Shown here piece by piece: positions 1 to 12,480 of a stretch of DNA of 64,000 nt. Location of the stretch: contig CM022666.1 of assembly GCA_012295275.1 (NCBI GenBank), positions 13,516,001 to 13,580,000 on the forward strand. The letters are read 5' to 3'. The stretch is from Chrysomallon squamiferum (Eukaryota; Animalia; Mollusca). Each line of letters begins with the position of its first letter. The stretch's first letter is position 1. The position numbers were made by a program, and so were the translations under genes. Under the pieces are notes generated by a model that saw only the letters and a list, made by a program, of their open reading frames with translations, was not told the origin of the DNA and ran no database searches.

Positions 1-50
1 GTTGTTACATACTACTCATGTGACTTACTGTTACCTGAAAACACACTCAC

Positions 51-218
51 GTTAATCTTGTATTTAGGAATATTTTTCAGGTTTTCAGCCCATGCTGGCG
101 GATTATAGATCTGAAGTTGAGATCCGGTCCGCTGTCCGCTTGTCCTGACATTCCGAATTTGTTTTACTGAAATATATTTATTCCCAAACAGGGACAGAAA
201 TGATTTTCTAAATAGCAT
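51..218 (-). CDS. First coding exon of a D-cysteine desulfhydrase / ACC deaminase-family gene (continues left of window), probable mitochondrial presequence
   Basis: ATG at 218; 56 codons ending ...QIYNPPAWAENLKNIPKYKIN, then a phase-0 GTGAGT donor at 50. YNPPAWA resembles the YSPPSWA motif at the start of plant-type DCyD (recalled similarity). The N-terminus is R/K/S/L-rich with no acidic residue in the first ~40 aa. Confidence 0.75.
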
Positions 219-359
219 ACTGCATGTAGTAAAATTAGGTCATTATACTCGACAAAAATAGTTTGTGAAAAGAAAAGGAACGAATAAATAAATATAAAAA
301 ATATAAATAAGATGATAATAGATAAGATAAGATAAAGTGTAAATATAATTATTTTAATA

Positions 360-452
360 TATGACTTCCGATAAGAAGAGAAGTGGTTGTTTGTTTGTTT
401 GTTTGTTTGTTTGATTGTTTTATTTATTTATTTATTTATTTATTTTTATTTA

Positions 453-493
<41 letters not shown>

Positions 494-635
494 GGTGTAA
501 CTCGATTATTCAGTATCGGAACGATCTCTAAGTTTTTAATGCAGGTAACACAACTGTGGTACCGGAAATGACGTTTAAACATAACGTCATATCATTATTT
601 CGCGTCTTTTTGCTCAACTGTCCAGTTTTATAAAT
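360..635. promoter_or_regulatory. Probable bidirectional promoter (DCyD-like gene leftwards, orphan gene rightwards)
   Basis: CpG-rich; ETS-like ACTTCCG (364-370) and CCGGAAAT (562-569) next to TGACGT; candidate + strand non-coding exon ending at 635 with a GTAAGT donor. Confidence 0.45.
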
Positions 636-1290
636 GTAAGTTGTTTTAATAATAATTATAAACAGTTTTAATAATAATTATAAGCATTTCTGATTTTGCA
701 ATTATTATTACTTTCAACATATTTTGAATATTAAATTCTGATAATTTATCAAAACAGAAAGTGAGCACATCAAATTTAAATTCAGCAAGATAAATAAATT
801 TATTTTAAAGATATCTGTTTAATACAAATTGTAAAACATACATTTCATTCTATTTTAATCTTCATAATTTTAGCTCCTCGTTTACAGTTATGAGAACCGT
901 GAAAACAAAAGATCTTTGTCTTTACATTTTATAATGGGAACCGTGAAAACAGAAATAACTGTTAACATTATAAAATAGCGATAATCTTGTACCGTTGCGT
1001 CAAAGTTTATTTTTTAATTAACACTGTAATTATTTTAGGTGGGTTTTCAAAGTTGAAATTAAAAAGAAAGTATACAAATAATGTCAATGACAGTTCAAAT
1101 GTTATCGATGTAAAACCATAGTGATGCGAAAATTTGACATTTTTGTTTATGATTTCAAATTATTATTATTATTATTATTATTATTATTTATAACAAAAGA
1201 AATGTAATTATGTCAGCTACCTACATAAGCAATGCACGATCATGATCGGGACAAATTATTTTAATTTTTTAGTTTGTTTTAATGTATTTG

Positions 1291-1293
<3 letters not shown>

Positions 1294-1369
<76 letters not shown>
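1294..1369. repeat. (CT)n microsatellite
   Basis: Perfect dinucleotide run. Confidence 0.95.
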
Positions 1370-1372
<3 letters not shown>

Positions 1373-1423
1373 GAGTATAATACTTCCTTTATTATTATCC
1401 ATCTCATTTTATTTTAAGCTGCA

Positions 1424-1865
1424 ATGAATTCTGAAAAAGAAGACAAGAAAGAGCTAGCAAGCCAAATAAACAACAACAGCAAAATAGGAACAATTAGGAT
1501 CAAGAAAATCAACACAGACACCGTGCTTGCTCAGTATGAAATCCTCCTCAGAAATACTGAAAAAAACACCGCTCGAGATATGATACAAAAAATGGAACAT
1601 CTCAAAAGAATGGTGACTCAAAACGACAAACTGATCACCGTCTTGAAGGACAGGAAGATCGACCTACTTAAGAAGTGGCAAGGTATGATGAGTAACACAG
1701 CATGTAAGAAATACAATCTTGCGCATCTTCTGATTTCGTGTCACGTGATAAATGAGGCGGTATAATAATATTAAAACAGAGACGCAAATCGTATGCAAAT
1801 AAAAACAATGACGTCACGTCAGAGTTCTTCAGTGTATTGAAAAATGATGATTTAATTATTGTTAA

Positions 1866-1932
<67 letters not shown>

Positions 1933-2437
1933 TAGGATGATAACATTAATCTGATTTTAACGAGCGTACTTCTATTTCTAATTATTGTTTTATGTTTGTT
2001 TTTATTTTATTTTTTTTATTATTTTTTTTATTTATTTATTTTTTTTTTATTATTATTATTATTATTTTATTTATTTATTTATTTTTTTATTTATTTATTT
2101 CATTTACAGTAATAAAATTTAACAAAAATGTTTTATAACTGCAATAAAAATTAACACTACAGATTTTATTAACTTATTTTTGATGGCTTAACTTTGAGAA
2201 CGCTGACTATATCAGCTTTGCTTTTTCAGCTGCTATTCTGGCCAGAAACTTGTGTGAACGACAAAATGTAGACATGTCGTCGGGTGACTCCGTCTCAAAG
2301 CTGTTTCTAGATGGTTAGTGTTAAAGTGACGCACAGAGCATTAATTAATCATGTTAATTATTAGCTTAGCGAGAAAATTAATAAAATCATTTTCATAAAT
2401 TAAAATGTTCCAAAAGTAAAAGCTGTTTAGTATGCGT

Positions 2438-2476
<39 letters not shown>

Positions 2477-2773
2477 GGTGTGTGTGTATGTGTGGGTGTG
2501 TGGGTGTGGGTGTGGGTGTGTTTACGTGATTGCGTATGCAAAATTAAAAAAATCGTTCTTCATCTTCTTTGGTGATCATAAAGCCTGTTGAAATACTGAA
2601 CAATCGTGTGTAACGTTTGCTCAGTTAAGTCACTGTTGCCATATAACCATTTCCTACAGTTAATAAACTTACAATTCCGAAAATTGTAAATTGTTATTAG
2701 AGTTCTCCTACGTGTATTAAAGAGTATGTATGTATATGTATATACAAGGATAGATAGATAGACAGGTATATAT

Positions 2774-2867
<94 letters not shown>

Positions 2868-3398
2868 AGACGTACAGACAGACTGTTTTTAATTACTATG
2901 TAAAATCACCATTTTCCCCAATGACTAAAGTTAAACACAAACAGCAATACGCACACAGACAAGTATTAATATTATACACCACTCCGACCTACTGCAGTAT
3001 TAAAGTAGTGAATCTACCTTCTTTGCTTTTCAGAAAACCAAAACAAGAATTGGTCAAAATTACTGCTGGACACAAATGACAAGCATTTTTACATTCTGAC
3101 GCCGGTGAACACCGAATGCTGTATTTTCTTTAAGTACTCTTTCGGAGATACGACCTTTTCGCAAACAAATGAGCTGGACTACGCGGATAAGCTAAACAAC
3201 AAGCTCAGATTAGTCTTGGAGATCCTGAAATCAAGGAACAAAGCGAGGATGCAGATTTTAAGCAACATAAAGCACGAGCTGAACTCACTGAACGAACCAT
3301 ATCGCTCGGGAAGACTCGGCGAACGAAGAAAGGGGAAAAGACGTCGAATGAAAAAAGTCTTTTCTTACCTCTTCAGATGTGTTTCTAAATCAGAATAA
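1424..3398 (+). CDS. Uncharacterised 3-exon protein, about 235 aa, coiled-coil-like with basic C-terminus
   Basis: Exons 1424-1682 (donor G|GTATGA, phase 1), 2230-2313 (TTTTTCAG acceptor, G|GTTAGT donor, 84 nt, phase 1-1) and 3034-3398 (CTTTTCAG acceptor, TAA stop) splice into one uninterrupted 708-nt frame. An AAG acceptor at 1416-1418 precedes the ATG. Confidence 0.7.
1866..1931. repeat. (AAT)n microsatellite
   Basis: Perfect trinucleotide run in intron 1 of the orphan gene. Confidence 0.95.
2786..2865. repeat. (GA)n microsatellite
   Basis: Perfect dinucleotide run. Confidence 0.95.
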
Positions 3399-4732
3399 TT
3401 TATGCATTTGATAAAATGAATTTAAAATAATAATAATAATAGTAATAATAATAAGAAAGAAAGAAATTAAAATAATAGCAAATAATAATTAAAAAAAAGA
3501 GAAAGAAATACAACAAAAAAAAAAAAAAAAAAAAACGAAAAAAAAACGAAAACAAAAACAACAAACTTTTACTAAACACTTTGATATGATTTTATTTCAT
3601 TTTTAAAAAGGAAATTTTTACTTCCCTGAGATTATTTTTACCACTTTAATTATATAAGGAGAGAAGTTGATCTATTTATTTATTTATTTATTTATTAATT
3701 TCTATTAAACAAGAAGCTTCTATTCATATATTGTAAAGGAATTAGTATTTTGAACTCATTTTTATAAGAGCAAATACTTTAGTTCTGTGTGTAAGAAGGC
3801 AGTAATCGCGAATGAATCGTTTATTATAGATTTATAACTGAATTGTTCCAGTGTGTGCATATACGTACATGTAAGCATGCATGCACGTGTGCGTCTGCGC
3901 GTATTAGTGAATCCCTATTGTTTCACTGCACGTGTGTAAACCAGTATTTATAAAAACAGTATTATGCAAAATATTGTGTTTGTGTTGTTTGTTTAAACCG
4001 TACGAAAATTCTATGATAGAATGTCAGTTTATTAACTGGCGAGCAGAGGGTCGGAATGTGCAAACACCAATGGCATTCATCTGAGGGGAGGCTAAAAAGA
4101 GTGACACTAAAATTACCTTTTTTGAAATTTAAAATTATCCAGCTCTTACGTTAGTTGTACAAGGTGCCCTACCATCCCGCCAGCTGTTTCCGTGCTTATT
4201 TTAATGTCGTTGATTTCTATTTAATTTGAATAAAAAGTTTATTTTATCTGTATTTACATATTTAAGATGTCTTCCTTTCTCGTCTTTCTACACTTGAGTC
4301 TTAGGGGCATACAGACTAAGAGTTGATACCATGCTTCTTCAAATTTCTGAACGTCGCTGATTGTACGTAACACTACACAAATGTTTCTCAAGGAATCAAA
4401 ATTCTGAAACACACCGCATAACGAAGCCAGGTGTTTAACGATAATAACTTTTTATATGTCATAAATTTCATGTTTCAGGTAACTTGCTTAGTTTCCTTGC
4501 TTTGGTTCCTGTATCACAAGGAAAAATGAATGCAACTTAGAACTGAATGCATAAATTTAATCAATTACAAAAGGTAAATTATTAAAATGATTAAATTAAT
4601 TGTAATTAAAATATGACTTTACTGCATTTTGCGACGCAATACATTCATGTATGGACATTTCTTATTTTATACTTTGTATCCCCAGTAGTCTACCTGAATC
4701 CCTTCTCCTCCTTATATAAATACTTCATGGGA

Positions 4733-4733
<1 letters not shown>

Positions 4734-4828
<95 letters not shown>

Positions 4829-4889
4829 ACACACACACACACACACACACACACAGACGCACACAAATACACACAGAGACACACACACA
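4734..4889. repeat. (CA)n microsatellite, interrupted
   Basis: Long CA run with few interruptions. Confidence 0.95.
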
Positions 4890-6561
4890 TTTTGAAAATC
4901 AAAAATCAATGAATAAAATCCTAAAAGAAGAAAAGAGTAGGGATTTCAAATGAAACGATTTTCGTTTAACATTTATTAAAAAAAAAAAAAACAAAAAAAA
5001 AAGCAATTAGTCAGGAAGCTGATAAAGTTAATAAATGGAAAAACACAAAAGTCTATCACGATATATACTGATGGTAACAGCTCAGTAAACCTCAAAAGGT
5101 TTTCGTTTTCATTGGTGAATCGTGTTGACCGCTATCAGAGAAAATGAGGAAAAAGAAAACGGTAATGAGGAATGTATATCATGAATAATCTGTACGTAGG
5201 ATGAACCGACAACAATATTGCCAAGTCATGGTGGTTTTTTTACCGAGGATAAACATAAGTAATATGATATGTTTCTGTAATTAATTTAATACCACAAAAA
5301 ATTAAATGACTTAATCTTATTACTCGTTCTCTGGCTCATGCGCAATATACACACGTACGCAAACAGACACACCCACCCCCATAGACACACACACACACAC
5401 ATACACAAACAGACGTATACATATAAACAGTATAGAGATACAAATATACACATGCACACAAACAGAAAGATTCCTGAATCTCCATCTGCTGTTTCATTTT
5501 GAACATCAGTAAGAAAACATTTGTTATAACAGGACCAGTATCTATGAACAGATTGTGATAAAAATAAAACAATAAAAAATCACATATAAATAATATGATT
5601 ATGTGTTTAGAAGAAGAAGAAGAAGAAGAAGAAGAAGAAGAAGAAGAAAACGGAAAAAGACTTATTTCTTCATTGAAATACATTTATCTTTTTATGAGAA
5701 AGAGAGGGAGTTGCACTAAAATCACTGAACGTAATAGCAATAGTGGTGGTAATTCTAGTACCATTTGTAGTAGTAGTAGAAGTAACAGCAGCAGCAGCAA
5801 CGCCAACAGTGATAAATATAGTAGAGTAGTAATAGAAGTAGCAATAGCAGCAGCAGTAGTAGTTATAGTAGTAATAATAGTAATCGTAGTTACAGTAGTA
5901 GTAGTACTAACAGTATGAGTAGCAGCAGTAGTAGTATGTAAGGAAGAAAGTAATAATCGTAGTCATATAAACTATATATCTTCTGAAAGAAGAGAGAATT
6001 AAATTAATAATCCGAATAGAAGACTAGCCTAGTTACATGTGACAATATTCCAAAAGTACAACATTAATACAGGACGGCCAATGTAGCACAAGAATGTGTA
6101 ACAGTTTCGTTAATATGTTGTTTTCCGGTTTTCCGAACAGACCAATGAAATTGCTCGTTTCATAAGTAATTTATTTGTCTTATTTGTAATAGGGAAACGC
6201 GTTTATTTTGTCACTTTGAGTAATGGTTGTTTATTTATGGAGTAAAAGTTAATTTAGCCTGTTACAAAGGTGTTTGGTATTCACGCCAGTATACCAACAA
6301 AACTAATTTTGTATGTAACAAAATGATAAACATCCATATTTGTTTTTAAAATGTTTCGGAACTGAGACGAAATTGCATGAAAAAGCAAAGATATATCCAA
6401 GAGATTAGTTGCATAGAATAAATAGAAAGCTACTAGTAGTACCATACGGATTCAACTATAAGAACAACGACAACACCACCACAACGACAGCTACTTCTGC
6501 CACTTCTGCTACCACCACTTCTTTTATAAATACTATTAGTAATGCTGCTAATACAATATAT

Positions 6562-6598
<37 letters not shown>

Positions 6599-6899
6599 AT
6601 GGATGCTCTTTGATCTCGGTGGTTTGCAATATCTGTCAAACAATCTATCGTGTCAAATCTTTTCAGAGGATAGTTTTCCATGCCTATAATGAGAAAGCAA
6701 AACAAAATTACAGAATTACGTAAATGCTGACGCATAAAGAATAATACGTCTTTCTCTTATCTGAACAAGCCTGTAAATTCTTTTACCCATTACAATATAT
6801 ATATACCGATCCTTATTAAGAAAGACAGTTAATGCAAAAGGTAAATACAGATTTCTTTAGCAGCACATTTGGTCAGACTGTTTACGACTTTAATAAGCG

Positions 6900-7320
6900 A
6901 TAAGGATAGTTTATTTTATGTGGGCGTCAAGATAGATTATCCAAGTTTAATAAAGTACCGCTCGTTTCGGAGAGTCGTCTGTTATCTTTCTTCATAAACT
7001 ATCAGTTACGAAATCTAACGACATTTAACGAAGAACGTTCGAATACTTCCGAACAGTGAGACCGGAAGTTGTTTACATCCTAGGTTGGATTTGCGAGATG
7101 TCACTAGTGTAAAGTTGAATCAAGTCATAATAGGTAATTAGAATTAAGTAGTTAGTCGCTTTCGCTGATGTTATGCTCCCGGACACATTTTTCTTTTACA
7201 GTGGTTTAATCGGGTTATCCATGTCAGCTTTTATCAAATAGAATCGTATATAAATGATATTGCAAAATTCTAAATAAATCGCACTTCACTTCCGTCACTT
7301 CTGTCGCGATTTATTTTGAT
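6900..7320 (+). promoter_or_regulatory. Probable TBC1D24 promoter and first non-coding exon (ending 7133)
   Basis: CpG-rich; perfect ETS site CCGGAAGT at 7062-7069; donor TAG|GTAATT at 7133/7134; sequence downstream becomes CpG-poor. Confidence 0.5.
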
Positions 7321-8184
7321 TAAAATGCAGAATATCACTGAGTATCACATAGGAAATAATTCATCAGAAATCAGATAAGTGTAGATATGCAGAGGACGGC
7401 GATTACAAATAAGAATTAAATATAGATTAAGTAGCTATAGCTGAACACTGTTATCTAAGAATTTGAACACGGTGAACGAATGATAATTAATATAATTTAA
7501 CGAGGTTTCAAGTTGCCTGTCATGTAACACGTGCAGATTGAATAATTATCATAACGATCAACACTCGTCGAATGAGTTGTCAAATGTTAAACGTACATAT
7601 TTGTTTCTTTATAAGTCTCTTGTTGCCTAAGTGCTAACACATTACATAAGATTACTTAATTTATGAATTTTAACTTAATATGTTAATTTTATATTTATGA
7701 TACATTTTACAGAGCTAAACTTAAACACCATTCCACTTTGGGAATTCAATTTGGGTTGAATAACGATTTATAATGAAAAGAAATTGTAAACATTTAGTTG
7801 TTTATGGAAAAGATTGCAAGAGTGCAGTCTTTATTATTAATATATATTTATTTATTTATTTATTTATTTATAATTGGTTCTTCTAAAATATATAGTAAAA
7901 TTTGTAGCAATTTCATTTTATGCTAGTAATGTATTACAATAAATGAACACTGTAAGTAACAAAATGCTTTATGACTGACTTTTGATCCAGTGCATTCTAG
8001 CCTAGCTTGACAGTAGAATGTCAGGATTTCAGATTAACTGATATGTCAGTATCTTAATTAGTGGATTGTAATTGTCAAAAACAGATTATTATTGACAGCT
8101 TATCTCAAAACTGCACAGTAAAATCCTTTAGTCAAACTAGTGAACTGGTATATATATATATATATATATGATATATATTAACTG

Positions 8185-8223
<39 letters not shown>

Positions 8224-9122
8224 CATGTTTTAACTGTTAAAATAAAAATTCCAGTTGGCAACCTTCTATTTCTTTTTCATAAAGTTACAGCACATATACT
8301 TTTTAATTTCTATTTATTAAAATATATTAATATATATGTATCATATGACAGTAGTTTAATAATAATATATACTGTAATACATGTACAGATAAACTAAAAT
8401 AAATTTTATGATTTAAGAAATATTTCTTATTACTAAAATCAGTTAAGAAACTGGTAAGGTTCAACACTTCATCGTAAACAACACTTAAAATATGACAGGC
8501 TGTTTCAGTAAACATCAAAGTGTTTTGTTATTTTAATACTTAACTGTAACTATTTCAGTGTAGTCTGCTTGTAAACAGAAGCAGTATCTAACATTATTAA
8601 CAGTACACGTTATTTATTTATTTATGTTCTTAGCTTTATGAATACTGATTATTGATTTATAGTCATGTTTTTAGCTTTAAGCGACACTAATTTTTAATGT
8701 AAATATGTTCAGTAATCAGTTATTCAAATACCCTTTTAAAATGTTTTTTATTTATTTTTTTTACAAACAGCTGTATAGACATTTTCATTTGCAGGCATAT
8801 ACAAATATTTATGTCAGTACTGAGTATAATATATACAGCCTACTGTGTTAAATTCTTTACAAGGTCACTTTCAGTATGCTCATTGTACTGTGTTAATAAA
8901 ATGCTGTAATACAGTAGGATAAACAGTCTTTGTCATAAACACTGGCAAATGTACAGAGCAGCCATATACGAGTTTAAAGCTGATAATTGTTCCTTCAAAA
9001 TAAGAATTAAAATGAAAACCTGTAAGATATTTCATGAACCATTTAAATACCTATAAAAGTGTAAATAAATATTAAAGAATTAAAACTAACATGTCTTTTT
9101 TCTTTTTTCTTTTTTTTTCTAG

Positions 9123-9157
9123 ATGATTTCAGAATGTATTCTAAACTGTGTTTCAAG
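9123..9157 (+). other. Probable 35-nt 5'UTR exon of TBC1D24
   Basis: CTAAC branch-like motif, long polypyrimidine tract, TAG acceptor (9120-9122) and strong AAG|GTAAGA donor. Confidence 0.55.
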
Positions 9158-11501
9158 GTAAGATTTTTTTTCTGTGAGTTGTAGTATCTTTTTAAAAGTG
9201 TACCTGTGTACAAAACATAAAATCAGATTGTTTCACCTGTTTTATAACACTATTCTTCTAAAGAAGAACTATAATATTACAAGCAAGTGATTGTATGTGT
9301 AGGCTGACATTATTTTAGATTGTTTCATAATAACATTTCATACATAGAGGAAGTTCTCTTATTCTCTAATTCTTTGATAATTTAATGAAATACATGGATA
9401 CAATATCAAATATTTTCAATGCAGTACTTTAATATTGGGCTCAGAGCCAAATATGTGGTATATTTCTGTAGGAATTTATAAAACAAAACAAAATAAAAAA
9501 GAGTTTGTCCAAGACTTTAAAAAAAAAAATTCTACATTGTATATCTTTTTAGCCTTTGTAAAACAATATGTTAAATTTATATTAAAATATTCAGACCGAA
9601 CTGCCTGTTATGGTACTGTCAAGTCATATCTGGTTTCGTTTTATCTTTCTCTCTTTAACACATGCTTGAAATTGAATGTAACTTGATAACTTGAAATGTA
9701 TCATGTGGTATGAATTAACAAATTCTCTTTACTGAATAACACAGTGTTGTTGTTTGGTTTTTTATGAAATTCTGCACGCAATATTGGAGAAAATATATTT
9801 TATTATTGGAGAAAATATATTTTATTTCTTCATCGTCTGTAACAGTCTAAATATGCTATAATTAGCAGTCATGATGTCATTATAAATAACATGCAGTTTT
9901 TATTACTGTTGGTGTTAGACTTTTAATCTGCATCATTAATAAAACACACTGTGCATATATGTAAATACTTCATCAAGGTTAGCTATATATTATTTGAAAG
10001 TAGACCAGGATATATGCTTGATTTTTCTTTTTCTACTAATGCAGTTTTTACCTTTTTCTTTTATTTATTTATTTACTTCCTTCTTATTAATTTTTTTAAC
10101 AACATAACATTCTTTTTACATTCGTTTTGTTTGCTTGTTTCTGGATGTTCCTGTTTCGTTTTTTGAAGAAGTAAATATCATGTCAGCTGACTGCACATTT
10201 GCACAAGTTAAAAATCAGAGTGACGTCAAAGCAGATGTTCTGATTTTATTGTGGTGTTGTGTTTCAGAGGAGTCATTAACGAACTGAATTATTCACTGAT
10301 TCAATTTGTCATCATCAGTTTGTGTCTAGTTTGTGTCTAGTTTGTCCATACAGGTTGCATATGAACAGGATAAAAAATAATACAAACATTAACAGACTGG
10401 TACAGACACACCTGATTATGTTTACAAGACATATGTCAGAAGATACATTAAATTTGTAAATACATTATACATGCACTCAATCTTACGCATTCACAAGCAA
10501 TTATATACATATACATAAAAACAACAACAAATATGACTTACAAAAAACATAAATTAAACACACGTACATGCACATACAGATATACATATGTGTGGTAGAG
10601 AAACACATACACAAAGCCACAGAAAAATATAACATTCATGCACTAAAAAACCACAAAAAACCTCCACAATCACACAATTACACTGAAACATGCAGACTTT
10701 GAATGCACAGAAACATCATTCTTGTACGATAAGCCTATAAGCATTCAATGAATACATTTGTCTAACTATACAAACCTATACATCTAAATACTACTTTTGA
10801 GTTCATCTATTTCTTTAAGCAACATAATGAACATTTTATAATTTACAACACCATAGAATTATATATATAAATGTATGTGAATATATGTTTATAAGTATGT
10901 ATATGCTTGCATTTCTTTCTCTCTCTCTCTCTCTGTTTTTTTTAAACATAAGCTGTATATTGACAGTGAACTGGAATATATAGAATATCATTCTGTAAGG
11001 CAAGACGAATACTAGTAATAGTTAAAATGAACATAAACATGTAATACAAGCCCCACAACAACTGGACATTTTGAAATGTGAACTTGGTCCATTGACAAAC
11101 AGATGAAATGCTATCTGTGTTTGTCCCTGAGAAATGTAGAACAGAAGATTATATGTTAAGACCAGAAAACTTTGACGTAAAAGAAAAATATTATTCATAG
11201 TTTCAAAAATACATTGATGCAGTCATATTAACCAGAAATGAACATAAAAATATGATGAGATGTGGTAAGTTTGTTAATATTTGTAATTATTTATTTATGG
11301 ACAGGTAAATTGTGGGTGTGATGCTGGTAGAATGATGCAAGAAGAAAATTGAACTTGTTGAAATGTTAAAATATCTTCTTACTAGGCACAATGTCTGGTA
11401 CATTTACAGATGGTGGGAAGAGCTATAATCTGTTTTATGTGATAACACATGCCCTTAATTTAAATCATAAAGATACATTACACACATACATACATGTTAT
11501 T

Positions 11502-11538
<37 letters not shown>

Positions 11539-12280
11539 TCATGTATCTATGAATATTCTGAATCATTTTGTGTCATCAGTTTTGATTAACACACTTTTTT
11601 CTTTCTACAAATATTAATTGTTTGTGATGTTATTTTTTGGACCACCATACAAAAGATCAAAGGTAAAAAGAAGCTGGAAATAGATCAGATTGTGATTTGC
11701 TATCAAAAGAGTAAAAAGAATTAATTACTGACATTCTTGTTTAATCATTCTCTTTATTCAATCTCAACAAAGAAATAAACAGATACTTAAAAAAAAAAAG
11801 AAACTGCATATTAGTCTGGATTTTCACTTCTTTGTTTACAAAAAATATAAGAATAGAACAGAATAGTGGCAGTTAATGTTAAACAGATCTATTTTCAAAT
11901 ATAATTTTTTTTTTCTTTTTTTTTTTCTAGAACAAGTAACAGTAAACATGTTATTTTGAACAAAATTATTCAATGTTACACAGATAAATCTGTCTTGTGT
12001 CATCAACAATAAAAACATGATTAACTGTGTCTGTCATTAACAGTGTGATTCTCATTAAGATTGATGGTGCAGACATCACCTAGTTTTAAACAGTACATGT
12101 GTATCACTGGAGGGCAGTCAGTCCTACATGTTTATTAGTAAATTACTGACCTGTGGCTGATGTTTACTTTTGTTTACATTCCAGTGATAATCATGTTCAG
12201 TGGCCTGTGTCGAGTTAATGGGGCTGTTTACACTCTGTTCATTTGCTGGTGTTGATCCTAACTGTTGTAAATTATTTAAC

Positions 12281-12480
12281 TAAAATACATCCATGTTCAA
12301 ATCCATGCACAAATCTATCAAAGATACACTTACACCCAAGTTCAGATGTTTCAAAAATACACTTACATCTACATTCAAATGTATGAAAAAAATACACCGA
12401 AGTTTAAATCTATCTAAAATACTTACATCCATGTTCAGATCTGTCAAAAATATACTTACACCCAAGGGTCAAATGTATCT
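12281..12480. repeat. Degenerate ~30-nt minisatellite
   Basis: Repeated AAAATACACTTACATCCATGTTCAGATCTATC-like units; these explain the two ORFs called here. Confidence 0.7.

Noticed and set aside
4479-4573. Exon-like segment (TTTCAG ... AAG|GTAAAT)
   Set aside because: No partner exons or open frame link it to a gene; such signals arise by chance in AT-rich DNA.
5595-5918. 107-aa ORF with poly-E, poly-S and a hydrophobic tail
   Set aside because: Made of GAA, AGC and GTA triplet repeats; no convincing exon structure.
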